The position numbers and the translations under genes are program-made. Positions 37,460 through 50,933 of a stretch of 64,000 nt of DNA are shown in pieces (within the stretch, counting starts at the first letter, position 1; every line of letters starts with the position of its first letter). The stretch spans positions 19,064,603 to 19,128,602 of the forward strand of contig JARDVH010000110.1 in NCBI GenBank assembly GCA_030324005.1, given 5' to 3'. Source of the stretch: Negaprion brevirostris. Lineage: Eukaryota. The notes under the pieces were generated by a model that had not been told where the DNA came from, made no database searches, and was given only the letters and a program-made list of their open reading frames with translations.

Positions 37460-40400
37460 CTGAATAAGGGAAAACAAAATCACAATAAATTTTACATTTA
37501 TGCTAAAATCATATTGTGCTATTTGTACAACAGTTGCAAATCTTTACCAGTATAGTAAGAAGCAAAGATACTGTATGATATAGAAAATAACTGAATGAAT
37601 GCCCAGCAACAATGCTGGAGGAAATATTGGTTTATAAATGTCTTTTAAATCTCAGGATTAAGTCAGAACCTGTTATTTAATAATATACACTGTGTATGAT
37701 TAATCTGAATATTTAGCTATACTTCCTCATTCTGAGCATGTAGTTCAATCTCCGTATACCACAATTAAAGAAGCAAACACTCAGCCACTGTCTTTTTTAA
37801 CAGTTTGTATTACACTGGTCATATATTCTTCCCTGTTTTGTTTGTATCCTCCATAAATACCCCAATACTTTTGAGAGGATAAAACTAGTAGTTGTAACAT
37901 TTACATTGTTCCTTGATTAGCAAAATCTAGCTACATTACTCAATGACTTAATTTAATCTAGGCCATACAATTGTTTTATCGTCCCTGAAACTATACAATC
38001 TTGAACTAAAAATGCATTATCATGTCATGGCATGGGAGAGAATACAATTACTACTTTTGGCTAATGCCTATCCTATAACAAAATATATCTAAGACCCAAT
38101 TAACTAAGCTGTAGGGCCAGGAAGTATAAGGTTCAAACAGTTTGTTGAACTTACAGATGCATAGTGTATTGGAATCAGTTTCCACAATCCAAGCCTGTGA
38201 TAATCAACCATAAGTACAATCCCAATTATCATCCAATCAGCCTGCTGGAATTGCACAGGTGAATTTTGAGGAAGAGTATTATTGGTCTCTACCTTAATGC
38301 TGCTTATGGTCAAATAGCCAGACGTCACTCACCATTATATGCCAAGAATAGAGGAAAATAACCTGGCCAGAGACTGAGGAGCTGTACCCAAATTAGAAGT
38401 TAAGGCCTTCAGGAAGGATACGACAACATAAAACCAGCAGGGAATCAAGGATAAAGAAAGAATATCTGAGGACCTTTCCACTCAATGCTAATGACATCAG
38501 CCCAGAATCAATGTAATATCTGTATTGACCTCAAACTAACATTACAATTGTTTAACCAGTTGAACATCTGCAAAACAATGTCCAATAATAGCAATGGAAT
38601 ACCAGCAGCAAAAATCATTCACCATGCTAATTTTACTTTGGATTTATGCAAATCCACAAATATGCTATTCTTCGTAACCTTACCAACAGCAAGACTGTCA
38701 CAAATGCAACATCTTGCTGAGGTGATGGGGTGGGGAAAGAAGGTGCTTATTGGATAAACCAAAAATGGATATGTACAAATGTGGACAAAGTGGGGTTGCC
38801 ATAATGGACACCATTAAGCCAAACAGAACAGTTTGTACTACCTTTAAAATGAGTTTCAGCAATTTTCTGCATAATGCTCATTCTGATCTGAAACATCACC
38901 CTCTAAATAAACTATTGATCTAAAGCTGGATGTGCTATTTGAATCCTCAACATTTCCCCCACCAAATTTTTCCTTGAGGCTGAAAGGATGTAAAACCCAT
39001 TAATAGGCAAGCACATTCTGTTTATAAGAGAAAAGGTTGCACAAGTAAAATCTTGAGCTTTCTTAATGCAAAAGAAAATTTTCTAAGACTTCAAGCCTAA
39101 TTTCTGAAGTTGACAGCACCAGATAAATCATTTTCTTGCAATATGAAGCAACCCCTTTGAATACTGCAAGTGAATGAACTGTCCTTGTCAAACATGACCA
39201 GTTTCCTATTTAAAAAAAATAGATCTATCAGAATCAGAAAAAACTGAGTTGAAGTGTCTGGTGAGATCCACAGTGCAACTACATTGTACCATAACATTAA
39301 GGAACAGGCTTTATGTATTAGCGGACTCTTTCCTGTCCTTTATCTTTGAATTTTTGGAACTAGGGATGAAGGAGCACACTTCCAAAGTTGGGGAAAGTTG
39401 CAAATCCATTCCATACAGATTACCCAGCGCCTCAAGTGTGTTCTATCATTTTATTAGCTCACAAACATCAAATTGTGTATCAGCTAATGTACATTTGATC
39501 CAAAACTCTCAATTCCCTAACCCAAAAAAAAAATCACCTTTCAGAAACAAAAAACAGCTCAGTATCTGTTCGGCTTAGTACCACACTACATGGCATATTT
39601 AACCTTTGGGGACACTGGAAGATTACACCTGTGTAACAGCTGTAGTTTTACTGGGCATTGACATCGACTGAATCCTTTTATAAAAAAACAGCCAATCAAT
39701 TGAAACATGTACAGGACCAGAGTAAAGTGGAATAAGACTAAAACCCATATACGAGGTGGATGTTTTTTCCTCCCTAAAAAGAGGAAAACCAGTTGTACAC
39801 TCCCAAGCAGATAGAATTAGGGGGAAGAAAAGGGGACAATAAACTCAAAGCAGTCAGTATGAGCGAATTATTCAGCTTTTGGTGGCTCGTAATCTATATA
39901 TGGAGTCTGGACAAATAATACCATTTTGTGCAACTGCAACTAACTCAGGCAAGGCAACTATCAGCTTTTCCATGCTTACTTTTAAATTAAAACCATACTG
40001 TCCATGGCTGTGACTCATTCTCCATTGCTTTTTTCTGACTATTTCTAACTAGAATTCTCTCATCCGCTGCAGCTTTCAATCTCCTCCTGTGTTCAATTCC
40101 TCACCAACTAAGTTGTCATTTATCAAATGACTATTCATCTTTTAACATTCTAGCAACTTATGGCGTACTGTTTATTTTCCTCTCCAAAATCTCCCTCTAA
40201 CTTTGAAATCCCAGGATGAAAGGAAAACCACATACACAGCATACATTATGTAAATAACCAGATTTCCTGAAAACAATTAAAAAGTAACAAAAGAAATAAT
40301 CACTATCCTAAACATGGTGTTTTCCGTGACAAGTAGATTTTTAATTATTTGTGGGACAGATATTTAATATCACAAGGAATCAAATATAAATTGTGTGATC

Positions 40401-43400
40401 TTATAAAACTTAAGTATTACTCACCCCAAATGCAGTCAACTTCATTCTTCAAATGAAGTTTTCCCTCCATACGGCTGNNNNNNNNNNNNNNNNNNCACAT
40501 GGTAAATTTATTTTGCCAATCACGTCATCTCATTAAGGGACTTCCATGTTTAGAGACCACCCTGATGCAAACTCACTGTTTTCCCATATGTTGACTGAAG
40601 ATACTTCAAACACATAAAGCAGGACTCTTAAGCTCAACCATTTTCTTTGTGAAAGGAACGCGGCAGACACGTAGTAGCCTGCTACAACGTTGATTCATGT
40701 GAAGAAAAGAACTGAATATATATTTCATAACCTATACATTCTACCAGTTTCCTTGTCTATATACCCCAAGATAGCTCAAACTGTGGATCTCAAAAAGGAA
40801 GAGAATGAGGGGGCTCACCTTTCAATGATAGCAGGGATTCTAATACTCTATCAGTTCAGATGTTCTTAGAAGCTAAATACAGTGTGTGGATTATTGTACT
40901 TGATGCACTAATATTCTAAAATGATACTGTCCCAAAATTAAGACCACCTCAACTGGAAATATTTGAATTAATATTGGTGGAAAGTGTCTATGTTTAAATC
41001 ACTGAATTTCAGTGTGCTTCCTGACACTGAAGCATTGCAACAAGAAAATCTACACCCTTGAACTGATATTTCTAAAGGAGTGCCATATTTTTACTCCCAA
41101 CTGTCAAACAATTTGTCAGTTATTTTAAAATTATAGTGCTTTAGTTAACAAAAATTCACTAGGTTTGTGAATACCACATTGATCAGCAGGAATGTGATGG
41201 AGAATAGAGAACTCGAAGGCAACATAAGACAGGAAAAAAAATTTAGATACCAGTATATACCAGTTCCATTTTCCAAGGATCATGGTATCAGGAGTGAAAA
41301 AATTATCCATTTATCTCCAGCCAGAGACTGAGAGAGAATGATTCTTGAGAACATTTTTCAAATGTATTCATGGACATCACTGGCTAGGCCAGGATTTGTT
41401 GCCCACCCCTAATTGCCTTGCTTTCTTCAAAGCTGCAGTCCATGTAGTGCAGATACACCCACAGTGCTCTGCTCAACTTGTCCAGGAGATTTTACCCTCG
41501 AGTTGAAGTATTTATTTTAAAAGCCAGATTTGAAAATGATTACAGTCTGTTTTTAGCCATCAGACTCAACATTTTTCTAGTGAGTTTTGCAAATTACCAC
41601 GTACTAATCAATAATCTTAGTTTATTCCCAGAACAAAATGATCACATTTTTAAAATGTGTCCTTGGCTTTTGCATTCCTTTTCCCTTTTCTCTCATTTGT
41701 TGTTATAATTGTCCTTTACCAGGTTATCTTTTTCCTCTCATTTTAGTTGCTCGTATAATACATCTCCCTGCTGTTTTTGCTTCATCACCTTCTCATCTTT
41801 GATATTTCCCAAGTCTTTGAGCTGAATGCCAAATTCACCAATTTTTTGAAGAAATTTGTCATGTTTCAACAAACTTAAGTCAATTTTATAATGTTAAAAT
41901 TATTCTGAACATGCAAAACTAATCTACATACCAGCAAATATTCTTGGGGATGTGGGTGCAAATAAATTCAATCATCTCTCTCAACGGGTTCAGATGTGGC
42001 AAAGATAAATCGTATTGCAGTGGCATCTGGGACAGTTTTTAAGTTTTTAGTACTCTGAACAGGTCAGATGGCTTTAAATTTCTTCACTTCTACATAGCAA
42101 AGGCCTTTCAGAAGAATTCAACCACTGGCATGGAGCAAAACAGGCAGCTTTGCTCCTTGGTAGACTTGATTCCACTTTTCTTAAGTCTGAATACAGGTCA
42201 ACTATCCCATGCAGAACTGAGTACTTTCTTTAGTTGGGCAATGAATTTAAGAAATCCAAAATTTATTTTAGAAATCAGAGTTTAACTGGCAAAAAGTGTT
42301 AAACTACTGCAAGACCAGTACAGTTTCATGTTGGACAATTTCCAGAGTGCTGCACTACATAAAAAAGTAAATTACACGTCTACATCACAACCAATGAATT
42401 ACTTTCACTGTTACACAGACAAATACAGCAGCCATTTTCAAACTAAGGTCTTATAAACAAGCATGACAAATGCTTTAATGACCTCTGATGAAGGAAAAGG
42501 ACTGGACAGACCACTGGAACTCCTGAAACAGCCACGATAGAAAAGGTCTTAGATCCATCAGAGCTGTGATTTTGGTTTTAACATTTTACCCAATGACAAT
42601 GCAGCATTCGTCAATATAGCAGTGCCGAGAGCCCAGTTATTGAAGCAAGGACTTCGAAGGCAGGAGTGGTACCAATGAAGACAAGATTCAAAGCCAAACA
42701 CAGTTTTACAGGATGCTTAGTCAGTTCATGGAATTTGTTAGTCTTCAAAGTTAAGGTGTGTTAGAGAGACAGACCAAGTAAGAATGAGCGAGAGAAAAAG
42801 ATGCAATACTGTAGTTTTGAGTCAGAACCTTGCACCCTCAGCTAACATCAATGTGGTATGCAATGGTGCAAACCTAGAGGTGGATATATGTTTGTATTAA
42901 TTTCTCAATCACAGCAGGTGAATATGCCTTGATCAAGTCATTTATGGGGCCTCAAGAGTTTTTCAGGGGGAAAATTATATTCAAAACGACTGTCTGATTA
43001 TTTAATTCATCTTTCACTTAATTCAGACCACAAAACTTGCCAGCTTTCTACTAAGATAATGATTCTTTTCAAAGCTTTTTGAAAACCGCACTGATATTAT
43101 CTAGAGCTCAGTCCCAGATAATAATGCCTATGGCAACTTTAAACTCTTTCTTGATATGGCAATCTGGTCAGTGGGTAGAGCTCAGTTAAAAAAATAAGGT
43201 CAACCTCTATGGTTAATCCTCTCCAACGAATCTTTGCATACACAGAATAAGTCCTGTGCTTTTTGAAAGTTTGCTATCCATTCCAGAGAGAACAGCAAAA
43301 GAAAGAAAATCTATGAAATGACAATTCGGCATTTCTGGATGTCAGTATACCATTAAATATCAAAACGTCAAAATCCAAAAGATAGCTTCACATACCAAGT

Positions 43401-44937
43401 GAAGTGCCTTGAATTTAGGGAAGGTACCAATTCAGATCAATAACAAAAGGAAATATCTTCCTGTAACATATGGAGATTTGGAACTCAAGAGCTGCTACAA
43501 GTTTGATTTTGCATTGGGGGAGATTATAAAAATGTAANNNNNNNNNNAAAAATATCTGAAATTTTTAACCAAATATTTTGTCATAATGCTGATGAATTTC
43601 ACTGAAGACTAGCCAACAAGACGTAACAAATTGAAAAGCAATATTTGCATGGGTAACACAACCATCAGAGAGGGAAAGTCACTTAATGAGATGCTTTCAT
43701 GGTCAGAGGGGAAAACCAAAACTATTAGAGCAACTGACATATTTGGGCAAATATTTATAAAGATCTTTTTGTTTGATCAGCTGCAATATGATCGCATGAG
43801 GATCAAGTGATTATTTCCCATGTTATTTTGAAGAAGCGTTTTTTAAAAATATTTATACAGCACCCTTTCAATAAAACCTTGATATTCTGGATTTTTTTCT
43901 TATTAAAAAGTATTATCTAATAGATAACACAATAAACCATAACAGAAATGATAAAACGTCCACATTGAGATTCCAATCCCTTCAAAAGGAATGTAAACAA
44001 TTAAAATTTCCACCTAAAAAACACATTTTGCAACATACAAAATCAAACGTGTGCACAGTACTGTACCACTCACGTCGATAAATGTTTTCATGTACATTAA
44101 TCTTCATGATGGATTTTTTTTAAACCACCTAAAAGTATGACAGAGCCAAAGCAGACTACAGTCACCTGGTTAAGTAAGAATCCCAAACAGATGTTGGAAA
44201 TAATCGTCTCTTACTGTAGCTAAGCAACTGGGTGCTGGACTGAAGACATCAGTACCAACTTAAGCTTTCTTTTATATAAATATCTTCACTGGTGACATTT
44301 CAGAAAGCCCCATCTTTAGCTAATATGGGAAAACAGAGGACATTGTCACAAGGCAAACTGGAAAACAGGCCAAAGTGTTGAGTGTTGAAAGGAAACCAGT
44401 CTTGTATTCAGATGTGCATTACACACCATCCTCTCTTGAACATGGTCGTTTGGAGAAAGGCATTTTGCATGTACCAAGTTGCACCATATACTGATATGTC
44501 AAAACATTAACAGAAAAAAAATTGAGGCCCAATGCCCGATAGATTCATAACATATGCTCTAACTGCCAAGGTGGGCATATAATTTCTGACGGTGAAAAGT
44601 CACTTTCCCTCTTCTTTTAACTGATAAGCAATGTCAATGGGTTACAAGTACTGCACACCCCTTTGATTTCACCAAGTCCAAAATATTAAAGTTTCCATCA
44701 GCAATCTGTGAATGAATTTGAGATGCATACTATAAATGACAACTGCATTTAAATGGCTGGCAGTTGTCATTAAACTGATAATAATGAAGAGAGCATGTGA
44801 GTACTTCATGTTGCTAAGACGTTCCAAAGAGTATCTGGAACAAATTAAGATCAATTGAGGTTCCACAAGTCCAACAAGAGCTGTTGTTTGTCAGAATTAT
44901 ACTTTATAAAGCAATTTTTAAATTAGAGGTCACTCAC

Positions 44938-45831
44938 CTTCACAGAATGAACAGTTACATCACACAGCGAACACAAATGAGGGAACATTGTTGGCAAGAA
45001 ACCATGGTAATCGTTTATGTTGCTCAGTGAAGGAGATCCTCGCTTTCTCTCAAAAAGAGACCTTTCTTGCCCACGGGAAGGAGAGGGCCCCATTTTTCCA
45101 TAATCAGAATCATACATTGGCTCAGACATACGCATATCATCTCTACGAAAGTCATCACCTCTTAATCGTTCAGTCTCATAGTCCTTCCTGTCATAATATC
45201 TAGAACTTGACTCTCGAGAAGAACCATGGTCATAATTGACCACTGGATCAGCATCAGGATCACGACCTTCAAAATTACTTCGAAAGCGCCTTTCTTCCTC
45301 CCATTCATTACGGGAGGTTCTGAAGGAACGATCATCCCGAGGAGAACTGTCACCTCTGCCGTAATTCAAAGATGTTCCTTCATCATTTCTTTTCTTTTTA
45401 AGCTGCATAAGAATGTCTGGCAAGGATTCAGGAGTAAGTTTGTCTTCAGGATAGCGGCTCAGTTCATCCAAGTCCCTGGATGAAAGGCCAAAGGTAGCTA
45501 AAATATTACTGGCCCTGTCTGCATCAATCCGTTTCTGAACGGTAAGTGAATTTTGATTACGACTGCCTACATCAAACAAGGAAGGCAAACCACTGCTGGA
45601 TCGAGAGGGCCCACCACCTGAAGACATATTTTGATGTCCTTGTCCCACACCTTGTAGGCCCATTGCCTGACCCCGTCCAAAATTCATATATCCACCCATT
45701 CGTGCACCCTGGTTCATCCTCCCAAGATTCGCAGCGACATTTGCAGACTGTGCTGCAGGAAAGAATCCAATATTATGGCTGTCTTTCTTCATGCCACGAC
45801 TGTGATCCTGCTGGGCTCTACCCAATGACAT
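44938..45831 (-). CDS. MATR3: Matrin-3 coding part of exon 2 (N-terminal IDR plus first half of ZnF1); exon begins at 46004 with 173 nt of 5'UTR
   Basis: ORF MSLGRAQ...LGRMNQG...ASNILATFGLSSRDLDELSRYPEDKLTPESLP...YDHGS...ERSLFERKRG...PHLCSLCD matches the matrin-3 N-terminus; acceptor ttttcag at 46005, donor AAG|GTGAGT at 44937; 298 codons, phase 0. Confidence 0.97.
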
Positions 45832-48800
45832 TCTGGCACAAGAGAGAGTCTAGTTCAAAACTGGCAAGAGCAGGATAAAATAATTCTTCAGTGGTTAGTA
45901 GATAGCCTTTGCTGGCTCTGTAGAAAGCTGTTTCGCTATCTAACTTCGTCTAACAGATGGCTGATGCGAGTAATGGCACAGATTCCTCAGAGAACTTTGC
46001 CAGGCTGAAAAGTTAAAACAAAAATGTTAGATCAGGGATCTCAAGGCCTCAAAAGGACCATGTATCTCGATCCATCTTGAAAGTTAGAAGCCCAAAACTG
46101 GTCTGCAGAAAGACAGTTTAAACAACAAGATCGAATGCAACATTTCACAGTTGCATGCAAAATCCAATGCAGCGGGATAATTTTTTTGTACTCTTTACAA
46201 CCTCTTAGCGAGAAACGATAAGAATCTCAAAAGGCATGTCAGTAGGAAAACATGGCCAGTGCCAACATCAAAAATGGTAATTGGCCACCAAATCTTTTCA
46301 AGTAAACAAGGTATTTCCAACCCAAGTTTATAGAATATCTAAGGCATTTTGAAGATAATAAATAAATTTATGGTAACATTTTAGAAAATACTTTCGTAAA
46401 TAATTAAGATATTGCAATCATTCCGCAAAAGGGAAATACATGGATTGGATGTGTTGTAAGCCACTGAAAAAGAAAGAGGCTGTGTGCGCATTTATAATGC
46501 TCATTTCAGAGTTCAATAAAGTCAATATATTTTATTAAAGGGTCTATAAATGCCTCCTTCTACAAGGACATGACTCTTGAAGATATTGTTCAGTAAGAAG
46601 TCTGCAATCTAAATTAACTGGTAACAAATAAAAGTGTGCACAGAATTGTACAATAAGGGAATAAAGCCAACATGGAGAATTAAAACAGCAACTGGCTCAC
46701 AAAGAATAAATAGCTGCAATGTTGAAATGTAACTATTGTGCGTCCAACCCAAATCAGAACTGTTTGTTGGATAATTACATTTAAGACACTGCTGAGGGTC
46801 AGCATATTTTGTCTTTTGACCAATTGCTTACAAGTGTTTTTCCCATGAATTTTTTGTACCAGCTGAAAGTTATATATGGAAATGTAATTATAAACATTAC
46901 TCATCCCATAAGTCGTCTGAAATAAACACCTCACTTCGATATGGGTTTGAAAGCCAACCCAAAATTTCAAGACTAAACAACACATCCTACCTTGTTGAGT
47001 TATGCTTTTAAGCACAAAGTGCATATGCACTATAAAGATGGTAGATAAGGCAATGAGAAACAACCAACAATGTATACTTTTCTGCATCATTGCCAAAACA
47101 TCAAAAGATCTGAATCCAGACACCATCAAAACTAAGTAACAGCAGAGTTTATTCTTCAGAGCGAGGCATCTTGATGCAATGTGAGAAATATGTTAAGTCT
47201 ACCCTTTTGGATGTTGTGGCACACACTATGGTGTGAAAACTTTTTATTTAAAAACCATCTCAGGAATTCAAGTCATGGAGTACTGAAGTTCATCAAAATG
47301 AATTATCTGTACCCTCAAACACAACACTCCAAATCTGCTGGATGTTTTTTTTCTACAATTTGGAACACTAAAGAGCATTAGTTCCAATTCTGACTTGCAA
47401 ATACTTTGTCTCATCACAGTGGATCCCTGCTATATGCAATGTACAAAGTTTTTCTGATCATTGCAACAAGACTTACCTGCTACAGGACCAGTTGTACCAC
47501 TAAATTAACAATAATGAAAACTGAGGTTTGATACTTTTCCTGCCAAGCATACACGTGCGACTGAAAACAACTTCAGAAAACTTATACAGCAGTCATCTTA
47601 CATGTAGAGAATCAGATTTTTGTTTGACGTCAAAACCAGCAGAATGAGTGGGATGGCTTTCACTTTCACGTGAAGGCTTGGCCAAGCATGTTTAGGCAAG
47701 TGTATGCAGCTGGATCCTCAAAAAATCAAAACTGCAAAATTTTGACTGAAATGTTCCTTTTCAACATATCATTTTTCAAAGTAACATTAGCTTCAGGTGG
47801 GTTAGAAACAAAATATTAAACAATTTTCAGGAAAATTATTTCTATTTTGATGAAATCCTCAGCTATAAATTGTTATTTTTGAATAGTTGCACCATCAAAA
47901 TACATTCCAAAAAAGAGATTTCCTTAAAAGTTCAACTGTATTTCATACATTTATTCCATAACTGTTTGCCTGATAAGTACTCTCCTCGTTACTTAATGCA
48001 TGCGATGAAAGGGAACATTCCAGTTGTCAGCATGAATGTCTCAAATCAGTGGACACATTTGTTTTAAGAACATTTTTAGGAGGGAAAATAAATTATTTTA
48101 GTATCACTTTTTGTGTCATTATTTTATTACTTACACCTGGGGAACTGCAACCACATTTATCAACTACCCAGGCCCTTTGAGACCAGTCGCCACATTATTT
48201 CAGATCTCAAATCAACAAGCAGGTACAAACATGTATGTACAAATCTGTCAAGTGTCTCTGACTAAGGGAGCAGGTATTGGTATCTAGGGGTAAGTACTGG
48301 TATCCAATACCAAGTAGAATGTCTATTCCATTTTCCACACCAAAATATTGACTGCCCTTGCAAGCAGAACTGCTCGCTGCCAGAAAAATTAAAAGTCGAA
48401 TCTTCAGCAAGTTCCTATAATTAATAAAATTGTTTAACAGGTTAAAATGCATGGACAGTTTAACACAAAGGTCCGTCCCCAATTACTTGGAAGTAGCTGA
48501 TGGTTGACGTAGAATCTTGTTTTGCTCTTGTGGTATTTTCCCCCCAACAGATGCATCTTTCTAACTTGACAATTTTACCAGAATTCATTGGATTCGTATA
48601 CACTTTGATTCATGTTATATAGCTGATAAATATTTTTTTAAAATCTGCATTGGACCAAACAGGAGCCCTAATTCAATCAGAATGTAAAAATCAGCCAGAA
48701 TACTTCCTCTTAGTGCACCTGCAATACACCATCGATATAAACCTGGGATCAACAACACCAACTTGACTCTGGAACAGCAATGGATAATTTGCACCCTGAC

Positions 48801-50590
48801 CCTCAGCGCACCAGGGCTCTGTCTCTCACTAACCAGTCTTCCACAGTATATGCAGCATTCATGAGCAATACCAAGGAAAATCAATTCAGCAAGACTAATA
48901 ACAGGCTCAAACAACTCAAAAAGAAGTTACATTTAGACAGGAGCCATCTTGTGTCTCTTCTTTTCAAAACAAAAAGGAAAACAAGGATCCAACTTTCTTT
49001 TTACCCAATGGGAAACCATCTTTGCCCATAAAACAATTCAAAATTGCTAGCTAAAATTGCACAGAAACTCAAGCTCCCAGATCATTTTTCACCAATCTTT
49101 TTAAAAATTGTGCTGGCACACTTTGATATCAATACTTCCCTATTTTTAGTGAACAAGTTAATATCCAAAAATTGGCATTCTAAGAGCAAACAAATTTGTA
49201 AGATTAAAATTATAAAACCAGTGTCTGAAATTAAATTCTACACTGAATTTATCAAAAGTTGGAGCATAAAATGTATCTTTAACTATGAATTTAGCCTAGA
49301 ATATTGTGCCATTGTAACCTACGCCCAGCTACATACAGTGTGAAACATCAAGGAAACTATGGGTAAATGGATCCAAGTAGCCATACTAGTGCTGGAAGAA
49401 CGAAATATAATAGAAACTAAATAGCACAATTTTAACTTGAGTTACAGGTCCTGGGGTTTGACACACACATATGTGACGGTGACGAAACAAATTAACATGG
49501 CTATTAAAAATTCTAAGGAATCCATGTCTTGAGTACAGAAAATTAAATAGTACTAAACATTCAAATTCCAGAATTTTGTTCCAAGCACAGCATTTTGGAA
49601 GATCTTGGAATGGGTGCAACACAAATTCACCAGAATGATACTGGACTAAAGGAATAAATTGCAAGGACAGATTGCATAAACTCAGTTTGTATCATTTTGA
49701 ATAGTAAAAAGGTATTCTCCAATTGGGGTACTAAAGATGATCAAAGGATGATGAGCAACTATTTTAACTGGTAGAAGAATCCAGAACAATAAGGCATTAC
49801 CTTAAAATTACAGCTAGGCCATCTGACAACAAAAATGCATTTCTTCACACAAGCTGGGACTCTTTCCACAAAAGACTGATGAGATTAGGTCAACTAAAAA
49901 CATAGAAACATGTAATTTTTTTATTAGACAAACATATTAAGGATTACAGACCAAGGTGGGTAGATGGAATTATGGCAAAATCAGCATAGTTTAACAGAAT
50001 GACACAAGTTCAAGGGACTGAGTGACCTTCCATTCTTAGAAGGCAGCAGGGGAGACTTACTAGATTAATGGACTGGATGAGAGATTTCAGCTATACAGAG
50101 ACGAGCGAAGCCAGACAAATGGATTGCTTTCTTACAGCAGAGAAGGCTGAGATGAGATTTGAGAAAGATATTCAAGATCGACAGGGAGAAGCTTTTTTCA
50201 CTGCAAGAGTATCAGTCACCAAAGGCATTTGGCAAATTAGACAATTGGCAAAAGGACCAGTTTTTTTTTTCTACAGCAAGTTATGAAATATACCACCTGA
50301 AATGCTAGTAGAAGTAAACTCCATAGTAACCTCTAAAATGGAATTGGGTAATTAGGGGGAAATAATTGCAGAATTATGGAGAAAATCCAGGGAAGTGAGA
50401 CAAATTTAATTTGTGCTACCTAAAGCACATTGGGCCAAATAACCTCATCTGATGCTGTATGATTTTGTGAAATGAGGATTTGTTGCTTTGAGGTTTCATG
50501 CATCTTTCACCTATCTGGGTGCTAACTTAGTTTACCACGACTGCTTTCGTTGCTTTGAAATATTCTCAATAATACATGAACAATACCCAA

Positions 50591-50933
50591 GGGCAGCATG
50601 ATAGCACAGTGGTTAGCACTGCTGCTTCACAACTTCAGGGACCTAGGTTCAATTCCTGGCTCAGGTCACTGTCTGTGTGGAGTTTGCACATCCTCCTCGT
50701 GTTTGCATGAGTTTCCTCCAGATACTCCAGTTTCCTCCCACAGCCCAAAGATGTGCGGGTTAGGCTGATTGGCCATGCTAAAAAATTGCCCCTTAGTGTC
50801 CTGAGGTGCGTAGGTTAGAGGGATTAGTGGGTAAAAAATGGAGGTAGGGCCTGGGTGGGATTGTGTTCGGTGGAGACTCAATGGGCTGAAGGGCCTCTTT
50901 CTGCACTGTAGGGTTCTATGATTCTCTATGATT
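50591..50933 (+). mobile_element. Near full-length V-SINE (HE1-like)
   Basis: gggcagcatg.tagcacagtggttagcactgctgc, ggttcaattcc, V core, ttctatgattctctatgatt tail. Confidence 0.87.

Noticed and set aside
44923-44937. 302-aa single-exon ORF ending VSDL*
   Set aside because: Read-through of the exon-2 donor into the intron; the true CDS splices at 44938
46680-47129. 149-aa minus-strand ORF in intron 1
   Set aside because: Non-AUG start, no homology recognised, composition typical of AT-rich intron
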